From the NCBI GenBank assembly GCA_001805165.1, contig MHEI01000088.1, positions 1-45,195 of the forward strand: a stretch of 45,195 bases of DNA. Direction: 5' to 3'. A model generated the notes under the pieces. The model did no database searches. It saw nothing but the letters and a program-made list of their open reading frames with translations, and had not been told where the DNA came from. This document shows positions 26,777 to 35,820 of the stretch, in pieces; the first letter of the stretch is position 1, and each line of letters starts with the position of its first letter. The stretch comes from Nitrospirae bacterium RBG_16_43_11 (GTDB lineage Bacteria > Nitrospirota > 9FT-COMBO-42-15 > HDB-SIOI813). The position numbers and the translations under genes were made by a program.

Positions 26777-27433
26777 ATGTCAGGCATCATAATTCGATGG
26801 TCGTATCTTAAAACAGTTATTCTGATATTGGCCATTCTGCTGCTTCTTGTTGATAGTCCGGCAGCATTATACATGCCGGTGGGTAACATCACTGGTCTAT
26901 CTGGAAATGTGGTTGTGAATAAACCAGGTAATGAAAAGCCAGTTGGTCTCAGGAAGGAAGATGCAGTCTTTATCGGGGACATTTTAAGAACAGGCAGGAA
27001 ATCACGTGTACAAGTGACGTTTATTGATGATAACTTTGTGAACGTCTCATCTGAGAGTTCTATAATGGTAAATCAATATATCTTTGACAGGGAGAGAAAG
27101 AGGAGAAAGGTTATTGTAAAGTTGCTGGAAGGGGGGGTGAGGTTTATTCTTTATAAGAAATACAGCAATTCTTCCTTTGCAGTTGAGGCAGGTAATGCCT
27201 CAATTACAGGTAATATAGCGGACTTTACTGTAAAGGTTTCACCGCATGAGACAGAGGTAATTGTGCTTGACGGATTTGTTAATGTAAAAAACATATCCTC
27301 TATGGTTGTAGGTGAGATTCGGTTGGGCATTAATCAGAAAACTGCAGTCAAAGAGAAAAATCCACCATCTGAACCTGAGATAGTAACATCACAACAAAGG
27401 AATGCATGGATAGAGGAGACTAACGTACATTGA
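26777..27433 (+). CDS. FecR-domain periplasmic protein with an N-terminal anchor or signal
   Basis: 'VGNITGLSGNVVVNKPGNEKPVGLRKEDAVFIGDILRTGRKSRVQVTFIDDNFVNVSSESSIMV' resembles the FecR beta-sandwich domain. N-terminal hydrophobic 'TVILILAILLLLV'. Confidence 0.62.
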   Translation: MSGIIIRWSYLKTVILILAILLLLVDSPAALYMPVGNITGLSGNVVVNKPGNEKPVGLRKEDAVFIGDILRTGRKSRVQVTFIDDNFVNVSSESSIMVNQYIFDRERKRRKVIVKLLEGGVRFILYKKYSNSSFAVEAGNASITGNIADFTVKVSPHETEVIVLDGFVNVKNISSMVVGEIRLGINQKTAVKEKNPPSEPEIVTSQQRNAWIEETNVH

Positions 27434-27435
27434 GA

Positions 27436-28242
27436 ATGAGAAAAAATGTTCTATTCGTTATTAGTATAATACTTATATGCTTATACGCTGTTATTCCGGC
27501 CGATTGCCAGGAATACATTATCGGCGAGGGTGATCTGCTCAGGATAACAGTATATGACCATCCTGATCTTACTACTGAGACAAGGGTCAGTGGAGAAGGT
27601 CAGGTTAACTTTCCCCTTATTGGTGAGGTTATTGTAAATGGACTAACCGGCCAGGAGATAGAGAAAAAGATAGTCCAGCTTCTCAAAGGTGACTATATTA
27701 AAGATCCTCATGTCTCTGTCTTTATTATGGAATATAAAAGCAAGAAGGTGACAGTCCTTGGTGAGTTTACAAAACCAGGTCTGGTGATGTTGAGAGGGGA
27801 TTCAACATTGCTTGAGGTGATATCAAATGCAGGCGGCATTACACCTAATGCAGGCGAGAAACTTTATATACAGCGGAAGATTGTAAAAGGTGGTAGTGAC
27901 AGGAATGCTGATATAACAGTAGTGATTAATTTGAAGAAGCTCCTTGAAGAAGGTGACATCACCGCGAATACTGATGTGGAAGATGGAGATAGTATATATG
28001 TGCCGCGGGCATCATTTGTGTATGTCACAGGTGAAGTAAAGAGCCCCGGGGCATATAAGATTACAGAGAATCTGACTGTGTTAAAGACTATTACTCTTGC
28101 CGGCGGACTTACCCAGAAGGCAGGGCAGGGTAAGATTAAGATTGTGCGCAAGACTGACAATGGAGAGGTTACGATTAAGGTCAGGATGGATGATCTGGTT
28201 ATGCCGGATGATGTACTGATGGTGCCGGAAAGTATTTTTTGA
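27436..28242 (+). CDS. wza: Polysaccharide export protein, Wza/OPX family (Poly_export + SLBB)
   Basis: 'YIIGEGDLLRITVYDHPDL...VNFPLIGEVIVNGLTGQEIEKKI' and 'SIYVPRASFVYVTGEVKSPGAYKI'. A signal peptide is present. ATG 27436 lies just after the upstream TGA (27431-27433). Confidence 0.85.
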   Translation: MRKNVLFVISIILICLYAVIPADCQEYIIGEGDLLRITVYDHPDLTTETRVSGEGQVNFPLIGEVIVNGLTGQEIEKKIVQLLKGDYIKDPHVSVFIMEYKSKKVTVLGEFTKPGLVMLRGDSTLLEVISNAGGITPNAGEKLYIQRKIVKGGSDRNADITVVINLKKLLEEGDITANTDVEDGDSIYVPRASFVYVTGEVKSPGAYKITENLTVLKTITLAGGLTQKAGQGKIKIVRKTDNGEVTIKVRMDDLVMPDDVLMVPESIF

Positions 28243-28256
28243 GGGAGGGTTTATAA

Positions 28257-30446
28257 ATGTTGTTTAAGAATGATAATTTGCATCTGCTTGATTACTGGCG
28301 TGTACTTTCAAAACGCCGGTATGCGGCGATAATAGTTTTTGCCTTTATAGTGGGAATTGTTACCGTGTACTCATTTGTTGCAACACCTGTGTATAAGGGG
28401 TCAGCCCAGATACTTATCAATCTTGAGAAAAACCCGACTATGACCTTTTCGGAGGGTGACGTTGCATATTTACAAATGAAGGATTCGGATGATTATTTTC
28501 GCACACAGATAGAGATATTAAACAGCCGGGGTTTTGCAGACAAGGTTGTAAAAAAACTGCTGCTTGATAAAAATCCTTATTATCTTGAGAAGAAAAGCAA
28601 GCCTGACAACGGTATGATCAATAAGATAAAAGACACTGTATTCATGTTGTTCCCCGGAAGGACGAAACCAGATAATCCATTTCCTGAATCTCTGGCGCAG
28701 AGGGAAATTGATCCGGAACTTGTAGACATCATACTTTCTGAAATGCGGGTTGAGACAGGCAAAGAGGGCAATATCATCAAGATTCACTATCTTTCAGAGA
28801 ATCCCAACGTGGCTGTCGCTATGGCTAATGGAATCGCGGCTGCATATATTGAACACAATATGTATATAAGAATAAAGCCGTTCAGGGATGCGGTTGAGTG
28901 GCTTTCGGCGAGGATGGTGGAACTACGGGCGAAGGTTGAATCTTCAGAAAGGACCCTCCAGAAATACAAGGAAGAACGCGGTATTGCTTCTTTTGAAACA
29001 AGAGAGAATATCATTGCGCAGAAACTTCAGGAACTGGTGTCTGAGGTTGTAAGGATTGAAGGCCGGAGACAGGAGGCTGAGATCCGGTACAATCAGATCA
29101 AGTCTGTTATTGACAGCCCTGAACTCCTGGCCACTGTGCCTGATGTCATGAATAATCTGGTAATCCAGGGTTTAAGGATTGAAGAGCTTAGAATCAAGAA
29201 GGATATCTCGGAGTTGTCTGAGAAGTATGGCCCCAGGCATCCGCATATGATGAAGATTGTTTCTGAATTGAATACTGTCCAGAAAAATCTTGTGGAAGAG
29301 GCCAGAAAGATGTTAAGTGCAGCCAAGACAGAGTACGAGATTGCGAAGAGCCGCGAGACATCTCTTAAAAGGGCGCTTGATGAGCAGAAACAGGAATTTC
29401 TGGACCTGAGCAGGAAGTCCATAGAGTTTAATGTAATAGCAGGCGAATCGGAGAGCAACAAACTGTTCTATGAAATGCTGCTTAAAAAACTCCAGGAGGC
29501 ATCCCTGTCGAGCGGCATTAATATCTCCAATGCCCAGATTATAGATAATGCAGTTACACCAAAGTCTCCTGTTAGTCCCAGAAGAGGACTGTATATTTTC
29601 TTAGCAGCAATTGCCGGTGTTTTCGGCGGTGTATTTGCTGCCTTTTTTGTGGATTATCTGGATGACACGATTAAGGGCCAGGCGGACGTAGATAGTATAC
29701 TTGGATTGCCCTTCCTTGGTCTGGTGCCGGCAGCAAAAGGGACAGGACCTCTCTACATAACTGCAGATCCCAGGTCTGTAATGGCGGAATCATTCCGGAC
29801 TATACGTACAAGCGTAATGCTGTCCTCAGTAGAGAAGCCTCCAAAGGTTATAGTTATTACAAGCACATTCCCGAAAGAGGGCAAGACAACCATTGCTTCC
29901 AATCTTGCGGTTGCGATGGCGCAGATGGGGGAACGGGTGCTTCTAATTGACGCTGATATGAGAAAACCCTATATTGATAAAGTCTTTGGAATGGATAATT
30001 CTATTGGTATCAGCAATGTCATTGCGCGGCATAGTGATTTTCCTGACGCTGTCAGGACAATGCCTGATTTTCCTAATCTGAGTATACTCCCGGGAGGCAG
30101 GATAGCTCCGGACCCGTCTGAACTTCTTAGTTCCAGTCTGATGAAGGATTTACTTAATGGTTTAAGGGATAGATTTGACCGCATTATCATTGATTCACCT
30201 CCACTGAATGCTGTTTCTGACCCCCTGATATTATCCAGTCTTGCAGACAGCGTCATCATGGTAATATGGGGAGGCGTTACAGGAAGGGATGTTGTAAAAA
30301 AATCTATGCAGTCTTTAAAGGGTGTTAATGCAAAGATTCTGGGAGTCGTTATAAATAATCTGGCGATGTCAAAAAGGGATGGTTACCAGTACTATTATTC
30401 TTATTATTCTTATTCAGAAGGAAAAGGAATAGAGAAAACAGTATGA
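28257..30446 (+). CDS. wzc: Wzc-type polysaccharide co-polymerase fused to a BY-kinase (tyrosine autokinase)
   Basis: N-terminal Wzz-like TM and a long coiled periplasmic region. Walker A 'TFPKEGKTTIASNLA', A' 'LLIDADMRKP', B 'IIIDSPP'. C-terminal Tyr cluster 'YQYYYSYYSYSE'. RBS GAGGGAGGG lies 7 nt upstream. Confidence 0.92.
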   Translation: MLFKNDNLHLLDYWRVLSKRRYAAIIVFAFIVGIVTVYSFVATPVYKGSAQILINLEKNPTMTFSEGDVAYLQMKDSDDYFRTQIEILNSRGFADKVVKKLLLDKNPYYLEKKSKPDNGMINKIKDTVFMLFPGRTKPDNPFPESLAQREIDPELVDIILSEMRVETGKEGNIIKIHYLSENPNVAVAMANGIAAAYIEHNMYIRIKPFRDAVEWLSARMVELRAKVESSERTLQKYKEERGIASFETRENIIAQKLQELVSEVVRIEGRRQEAEIRYNQIKSVIDSPELLATVPDVMNNLVIQGLRIEELRIKKDISELSEKYGPRHPHMMKIVSELNTVQKNLVEEARKMLSAAKTEYEIAKSRETSLKRALDEQKQEFLDLSRKSIEFNVIAGESESNKLFYEMLLKKLQEASLSSGINISNAQIIDNAVTPKSPVSPRRGLYIFLAAIAGVFGGVFAAFFVDYLDDTIKGQADVDSILGLPFLGLVPAAKGTGPLYITADPRSVMAESFRTIRTSVMLSSVEKPPKVIVITSTFPKEGKTTIASNLAVAMAQMGERVLLIDADMRKPYIDKVFGMDNSIGISNVIARHSDFPDAVRTMPDFPNLSILPGGRIAPDPSELLSSSLMKDLLNGLRDRFDRIIIDSPPLNAVSDPLILSSLADSVIMVIWGGVTGRDVVKKSMQSLKGVNAKILGVVINNLAMSKRDGYQYYYSYYSYSEGKGIEKTV

Positions 30447-31228
30447 TTGACATCCACTGTCACATCCTCCCTGGAACTGATGATGGCCCTGAGACTATAG
30501 AGGAATCTCTTGAGATGTGTCGTATAGCAGCATTGGATGGCATAAAAGTTATAGTTGCCACACCCCATTTCAGACCAGGCATTTCTGAATCCAGCCAGGA
30601 AAAGGTTTCTGATCTTATTGCAATATTGATGGATAAGGTAAAACAGGAGTGTATAGACTTACAGATACTGCCAGGGTCGGAGGTGACATTTACGGCGGAG
30701 ATGCCCGATTATATTAGAAATAATGAGTATCTGACTATTAATGGAAATGGCAGATATTTTCTGACTGAGTTTTATCCATCAGCAGTTCCGTTACACTGGG
30801 AAACTGTGCTGTTATCAATGCTACATTCAGGTTATGTTCCGGTTCTTGCTCATCCTGAAAGAAATTCCTTTTTTATGAATAATCCTGAGGGGTTGTCTGC
30901 CATTGTAAGGAGCGGAGTCCTTGTGCAGATTACTGCTATGAGTGTGACTGGAGAATTAGGTGAAGAAATACAGAGACTTAGCATCTTTCTCCTGAAGCAT
31001 AATCTTGTCCACGTTATTGCAACGGATGCGCATTCTTCTGTACACAGGGTGCCGATGCTGGCGGAGGCAGTCAGCATAGCTGCTGATGTTATTGGAAAAG
31101 AACATGCCTCAGCCCTTGTTACCTCAGTGCCTGCTGCAATTACTGGTGGCAAGACTGTCATTTTTCCACCCCCTCAGTTGTCTGATCAGAAGAAAAAGAG
31201 ATGGCCGCAAAATATTTTGATGCAGTAA
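30443..31228 (+). CDS. PHP-family (CpsB/YwqE-type) metal-dependent protein-tyrosine phosphatase
   Basis: 'MIDIHCHILPGTDDGP', 'LAHPERN', 'VIATDAHS'. ATGA overlap with the wzc stop. Confidence 0.88.
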   Translation: MIDIHCHILPGTDDGPETIEESLEMCRIAALDGIKVIVATPHFRPGISESSQEKVSDLIAILMDKVKQECIDLQILPGSEVTFTAEMPDYIRNNEYLTINGNGRYFLTEFYPSAVPLHWETVLLSMLHSGYVPVLAHPERNSFFMNNPEGLSAIVRSGVLVQITAMSVTGELGEEIQRLSIFLLKHNLVHVIATDAHSSVHRVPMLAEAVSIAADVIGKEHASALVTSVPAAITGGKTVIFPPPQLSDQKKKRWPQNILMQ

Positions 31229-32622
31229 TTGAAAAGGGAATTGCCTTTATCCTGATCTTTACCCCGCTTGCAATAGGTACTGTTCAGCAATGGTCAATCG
31301 CTATTATGGAAATAGCCTCATTTATCATCCTATGCGCCTGGATTTTGAAAATGGCTTCAGATGGGAAAGTTGTGGTTCTCAAAACACCTCTCTTTGGAAT
31401 TCTTGCAGCCCTGTTTTTGCTCATAGTCTTTCAAATCCTGCCGCTTCCTGAACGGCTGATGGCTTTCTTGTCTCCTTCAGCTAATAATATGTATTCTGCA
31501 TTCCTCGGGGATGATGTAACAATGAGCAGGACGATTAGCATATACTCCGGTGCGACCAGGGAGGAATTATTTAAACTCCTTTCATATGTGGCAGTCTTCA
31601 TTGTTGTGGTCAATCACTTCAGGACAAAGGTGCAGATAAGTCGTGTAGTGCTCACAATAATATATATGGGATGTTTTCTTGCTGTCTTTGCAGTAATCCA
31701 GAAGATGACCTGGAATGGAAGACTGTACTGGTTTTATCCGGTTGGTAAAGGGCTCCATTCTGATATGACATACATATGGGGCCCCTACATTAACCATAAC
31801 CACTTCGCGGGATATATGGAGATGGCTATTCCAATTGGTTTGGGATTTCTTCTATACAAGTTATCCGGCATTAATAGTTTGCATGGTCTTCCGGTGAGCA
31901 GGAGGATTGCCCGTTACTTGGACAGAAAGGATAGCGTCTACGTGATGTTTCTTTGTCTTGCTGTATTGATTATGTCTGTTGTCCTGTTTATGAGTTTGTC
32001 AAGAGGGGGCATAATAGGATTTACGGCATCTGTACTATTCTTTTCCTGGATGATCCGGACAAGACCTTCATTAAGAAAAAAGACAGGAGTCTTTGCGTTA
32101 TTGGGGATAATAACCCTTATTATTGTGTTACTTTCAGGATGGGGGCGGATAGAAGAAAGATTTCAGGAGGCAGGAGAGGTAGAAAAGATGAATAGGATAG
32201 ACATTTGGTCAGACACCATTAATATTGTCATGGATTTTCCTCTTCTTGGAACAGGACTTGGAACATTTAAAAATATATATCCCCAATATCAATCAGATAA
32301 TTCCAGATTCTTATTCGATCATGCTGAAAATGATTATCTGGAGATTGTGACGGATATGGGGATTGCCGGTTTTATTATCATCATTGGTATGGTTTCTGTC
32401 TTTTCCCATTCTGTTATAAAGGCGTGGCGTAAGAGACATGATAATTTCATTAAATGCATTGTTACAGCCGGTATGTCTTCGTGTGTTGCCATTGCGGTCC
32501 ACAGCTTTACAGATTTTAACCTGCGTATTCCAGCGAATATGATGCTGCTAACGGTAATTGCCGCGATTACATATTCCTCTGTCCTTATTCCTACTGATAA
32601 GAAATACAGCGATGCCATATAA
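31201..32622 (+). CDS. O-antigen ligase / Wzy_C-domain polytopic membrane protein
   Basis: About 11 TM helices. 'SLSRGGIIGFTASVL' and 'FDHAENDYLEIVTDMGIAGF' resemble Wzy_C signature regions. Confidence 0.75.
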   Translation: MAAKYFDAVIEKGIAFILIFTPLAIGTVQQWSIAIMEIASFIILCAWILKMASDGKVVVLKTPLFGILAALFLLIVFQILPLPERLMAFLSPSANNMYSAFLGDDVTMSRTISIYSGATREELFKLLSYVAVFIVVVNHFRTKVQISRVVLTIIYMGCFLAVFAVIQKMTWNGRLYWFYPVGKGLHSDMTYIWGPYINHNHFAGYMEMAIPIGLGFLLYKLSGINSLHGLPVSRRIARYLDRKDSVYVMFLCLAVLIMSVVLFMSLSRGGIIGFTASVLFFSWMIRTRPSLRKKTGVFALLGIITLIIVLLSGWGRIEERFQEAGEVEKMNRIDIWSDTINIVMDFPLLGTGLGTFKNIYPQYQSDNSRFLFDHAENDYLEIVTDMGIAGFIIIIGMVSVFSHSVIKAWRKRHDNFIKCIVTAGMSSCVAIAVHSFTDFNLRIPANMMLLTVIAAITYSSVLIPTDKKYSDAI

Positions 32623-33457
32623 AACATTTAATCTTGACAGACAGAAGTCTGTCAGGCTTGCAATTGCAGCAGTTATTACATCGGGCGTACTGTTGTTGTT
32701 TCCGATCAGGATGCTTATGGCGGATTACTATTACAACAGGGTCTCAGGAATTCTTGACGATAAATCTACGGAACAGATGGACCTGCTGGTAATATCCGGT
32801 GAAACCATCTTAAACTATAACCAATCTATAAAATCTTTGGAAAAAGCAGCGGCACTTGTTCCTTCAAATTCTGTTTATTTTAAAGCCCTGGCAGATATAT
32901 ATATAAAACTGGGCAAGTGGGCAGAGATTATGCAAATGGTTGGTGCAGAACTACCGCAGGAGGCAGTCTCCGTAGAGGATGCCAATAAAAATGCGGTTAA
33001 ATATTTAAGAAGGGCTATTTTATTAGAACCAACAAATCCTGATTATCATCTTGCACTGGGAAAGCTATATCATGTAACTACAGGAGATACATGGCATTCC
33101 GGAAAAGAATTGTCACGGGCTGCATATGCCTATCCTGTAAATGCGCCATTGAGATATGTGATAGCCAATCATTATTTGCTTTCCGGAATGAAAGGTGAGG
33201 CGCTCGAGCATGCGAGGATACTTGCGGCGGTTGATGACAGTTATCATACGCCGGATTCGGCAAGAGGGACTCTTGATGCTGAGAGAAGAACTCCTGAGTA
33301 TTTGTCGAGAGTTACCGGAAGCTATCTTTTCAAGGCACTGGAAATAGCCTGGATGGTTTCGAAAGACCCTGAGGTGATAAAGGGTATTGCACCAGAGAAT
33401 CCTGAAGCTAAAGATGCAGCCAGGTTGTTTTTAGAGGGCAAGGGATTTTATGAGTAA
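32612..33457 (+). CDS. Membrane-anchored TPR-repeat protein
   Basis: From ATG 32612: TM 'LAIAAVITSGVLLLFPI', then TPR-like 'YFKALADIYIKLGKW...AVKYLRRAILLEPTNPDYHLALGKLY'. Confidence 0.6.
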   Translation: MPYKTFNLDRQKSVRLAIAAVITSGVLLLFPIRMLMADYYYNRVSGILDDKSTEQMDLLVISGETILNYNQSIKSLEKAAALVPSNSVYFKALADIYIKLGKWAEIMQMVGAELPQEAVSVEDANKNAVKYLRRAILLEPTNPDYHLALGKLYHVTTGDTWHSGKELSRAAYAYPVNAPLRYVIANHYLLSGMKGEALEHARILAAVDDSYHTPDSARGTLDAERRTPEYLSRVTGSYLFKALEIAWMVSKDPEVIKGIAPENPEAKDAARLFLEGKGFYE

Positions 33458-33472
33458 AATAGCAGGTTAAGT

Positions 33473-34915
33473 ATGTCATCTATTTTGAGACGAACATTCA
33501 ATAACATATTCTGGCTTTTTATCGGGGAAGTCTGTGCCAAGGGGGTTGTATTTCTTACGACGCTCTATCTTGCAAGAGTGCTTGGAATTGATGGTTTTGG
33601 AAAATTCTCACTTGCGCTTGCTATGAGTACCTACATGTGGATCTTTGTGGACATGGGGATTACCGGATATGGTACAAGAGAGATTGCACGGGATCGGGAG
33701 AAGATTTCAGAAATTTTCAGGATACTTAATTCACTAAGGCTTGTACTGGCAGTTGTTTCTTTCTTAATCTTAATTATATTTCTTCACATATTGAATATCC
33801 CTTTAGACATGAGGATGATACTGCTTGCAGGAGGTTTCTATGTAATAGCATATGCCCTGTCACCTGACTGGGTGCTGCGTGGGATAGAGCGTATGGAATA
33901 TATTGCACTGGGTAATGCCGTAATGAGTATTGTTTTTTTGCTGACAGTTTATTTATTTGTCAGAGCCCCTGACGATACTGTTTCAGCAGTTCTTTACAGG
34001 TCATTCTCATTCCTTCTGGGAAGCTTTGTTGCATTAATTATCCTTAAAAGGACTATGAATGTATGGTATGCCTTTGAGATATCTTTATCAAAGTGGTTGT
34101 TTCACTTAAGGGAGTCATTTTACTTTGCTGTAAACGGCGGATTGAATAATATTGCCATGTATATACCTGTCTTTTTCCTTGGGCTTTGGGCTGCTATGGA
34201 GGATGTGGGTATATTTTCCGCACCTCAGAGGGCTATTGTCCTGATTATAAATACAGTGGCAGTCATACAGGTGGCCTCATATCCTGTAATGTCAAACCTC
34301 TATGTTTCTGACAAATATAAATTTTATCTTATTCATAAGACTATTGAGAGAGTAATGTTGTATATAGGTCTCCCTATAGGTGTAATGGGGATGATATTGA
34401 GTAAGGAAATAATTTCTACTCTGTACGGTAATATGTATGAAACAAGCTCTGCCATATTCAGAGTGATGATATGGATAGTCCCCCTGACTTTTCTAAGGTC
34501 TAATTACGGGAGGACATTATTAAGCGCAGGTTTCCACAGGTTTAATATGTTTGCAACCGGAAGCGGCGCAGTTGTAACTATTCTTCTATGTATTCTCTTT
34601 ATACCGACATACAGGGGTACAGGTGCTGCTATATCCGTCCTGGCCGGTGAGGCTGTGATTCTGATAATAATGGGAGTGATGTTTGGTATTAAACTATATC
34701 GCTCATATCCATTTGATGTCTTTTTTATTAAGATTGTGATTGCAAGTATCACTGCCGGCTTGATAGTCAGAATAGCAGACTTGCCACTGTTTTATTCTGC
34801 AGTCCTGGGAGTAATACTCTACTTTGGTATCTCTTTCTTTCTTGGAATTATTACCGTTGGGATGATCAGGGATATATGCAGCAGAATAATTCAACGCAGG
34901 GTTGGAATAGTATAA
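33473..34915 (+). CDS. wzx: Wzx-type flippase (MOP superfamily, Polysacc_synt)
   Basis: 480 aa, about 12-14 TM helices. The N-terminal 'FWLFIGEVCAKGVVFLTTLYLARVLGIDGFGKFSLALAM' is typical of the family. Confidence 0.85.
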   Translation: MSSILRRTFNNIFWLFIGEVCAKGVVFLTTLYLARVLGIDGFGKFSLALAMSTYMWIFVDMGITGYGTREIARDREKISEIFRILNSLRLVLAVVSFLILIIFLHILNIPLDMRMILLAGGFYVIAYALSPDWVLRGIERMEYIALGNAVMSIVFLLTVYLFVRAPDDTVSAVLYRSFSFLLGSFVALIILKRTMNVWYAFEISLSKWLFHLRESFYFAVNGGLNNIAMYIPVFFLGLWAAMEDVGIFSAPQRAIVLIINTVAVIQVASYPVMSNLYVSDKYKFYLIHKTIERVMLYIGLPIGVMGMILSKEIISTLYGNMYETSSAIFRVMIWIVPLTFLRSNYGRTLLSAGFHRFNMFATGSGAVVTILLCILFIPTYRGTGAAISVLAGEAVILIIMGVMFGIKLYRSYPFDVFFIKIVIASITAGLIVRIADLPLFYSAVLGVILYFGISFFLGIITVGMIRDICSRIIQRRVGIV

Positions 34916-34917
34916 AT

Positions 34918-35820
34918 ATGTTCGTAAAGCCCAACTTCTTTATTGTAGGTGCAGCCAGGTCCGGCACATCCTCATTAGCCTATAACCTTGGACAACACCC
35001 TGATATATATATATCACCCATAAAGGAACCATTTTATTTTGTATCGGACTTTGGTCTGAATGATTTTGATGAGTATATATCACTTTTCAAGGATGCCGGC
35101 GATGCAAGGGCCGTAGGAGAGGCATCAACAGGGTATTTATTCGATGAGCACGCACCTGTTGCAATACATGAATTGTTTCCTGATGCAAAGATTATTGTTA
35201 TCCTCCGAAATCCCGTGGATATGGCCTTTTCTTACTGGCGATTTACACAGATTGCCGGGAATGAGTCAAAGAGTTTTGAGGAAGCCACAAGCGATGAGGA
35301 GAGAAGATATAGAAAGACAGAGGAGTTCAAGCGTAAGGCCCTCAACTGGTGGGCAATGTACCTATACATAGAGAGGGCGATGTATTTCTCTCAGGTGAAG
35401 AGGTATATTAATATATTTGGTCGTGGTAAAGTCAGGGTCTATATATTTGAAGATTTTATTAAACGGATAGAGGAATTATACAAAGACCTGTTTGCATTTC
35501 TTGATGTCGATGCCAATTTTACTCCCGACTATTCGGTTAAGAACGAAGGCGGTGATATCCATTCCCAATTCTTAAAGAAGCTGAGAGACCGCAAGTATCC
35601 ATTTATCAAGAAACTATTCCCAGTAACCTTCAGAGTAAAATTAAAGAGCCGTCTTTTAGACGTCAACAGAAAAAAGGACGAAAAGATTATTATGAACACA
35701 GAAACACGGAGGCGGCTGGAGGTCTTCTTCGAAGAGGATATAAGAAGTCTTGAGCAGTTATTAGGATACCGTATCGAGGCATGGAAGAAAAAAGAACAGC
35801 AAGTTATCAGCCCCTTTTAA
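34918..35820 (+). CDS. PAPS-dependent sulfotransferase (copy 1)
   Basis: 5'-PSB loop 'FFIVGAARSGTSSL' and 3'-PB block 'ILRNPVDMAFSYW'. ATG 34918 lies 2 nt after the wzx stop. Confidence 0.85.
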   Translation: MFVKPNFFIVGAARSGTSSLAYNLGQHPDIYISPIKEPFYFVSDFGLNDFDEYISLFKDAGDARAVGEASTGYLFDEHAPVAIHELFPDAKIIVILRNPVDMAFSYWRFTQIAGNESKSFEEATSDEERRYRKTEEFKRKALNWWAMYLYIERAMYFSQVKRYINIFGRGKVRVYIFEDFIKRIEELYKDLFAFLDVDANFTPDYSVKNEGGDIHSQFLKKLRDRKYPFIKKLFPVTFRVKLKSRLLDVNRKKDEKIIMNTETRRRLEVFFEEDIRSLEQLLGYRIEAWKKKEQQVISPF

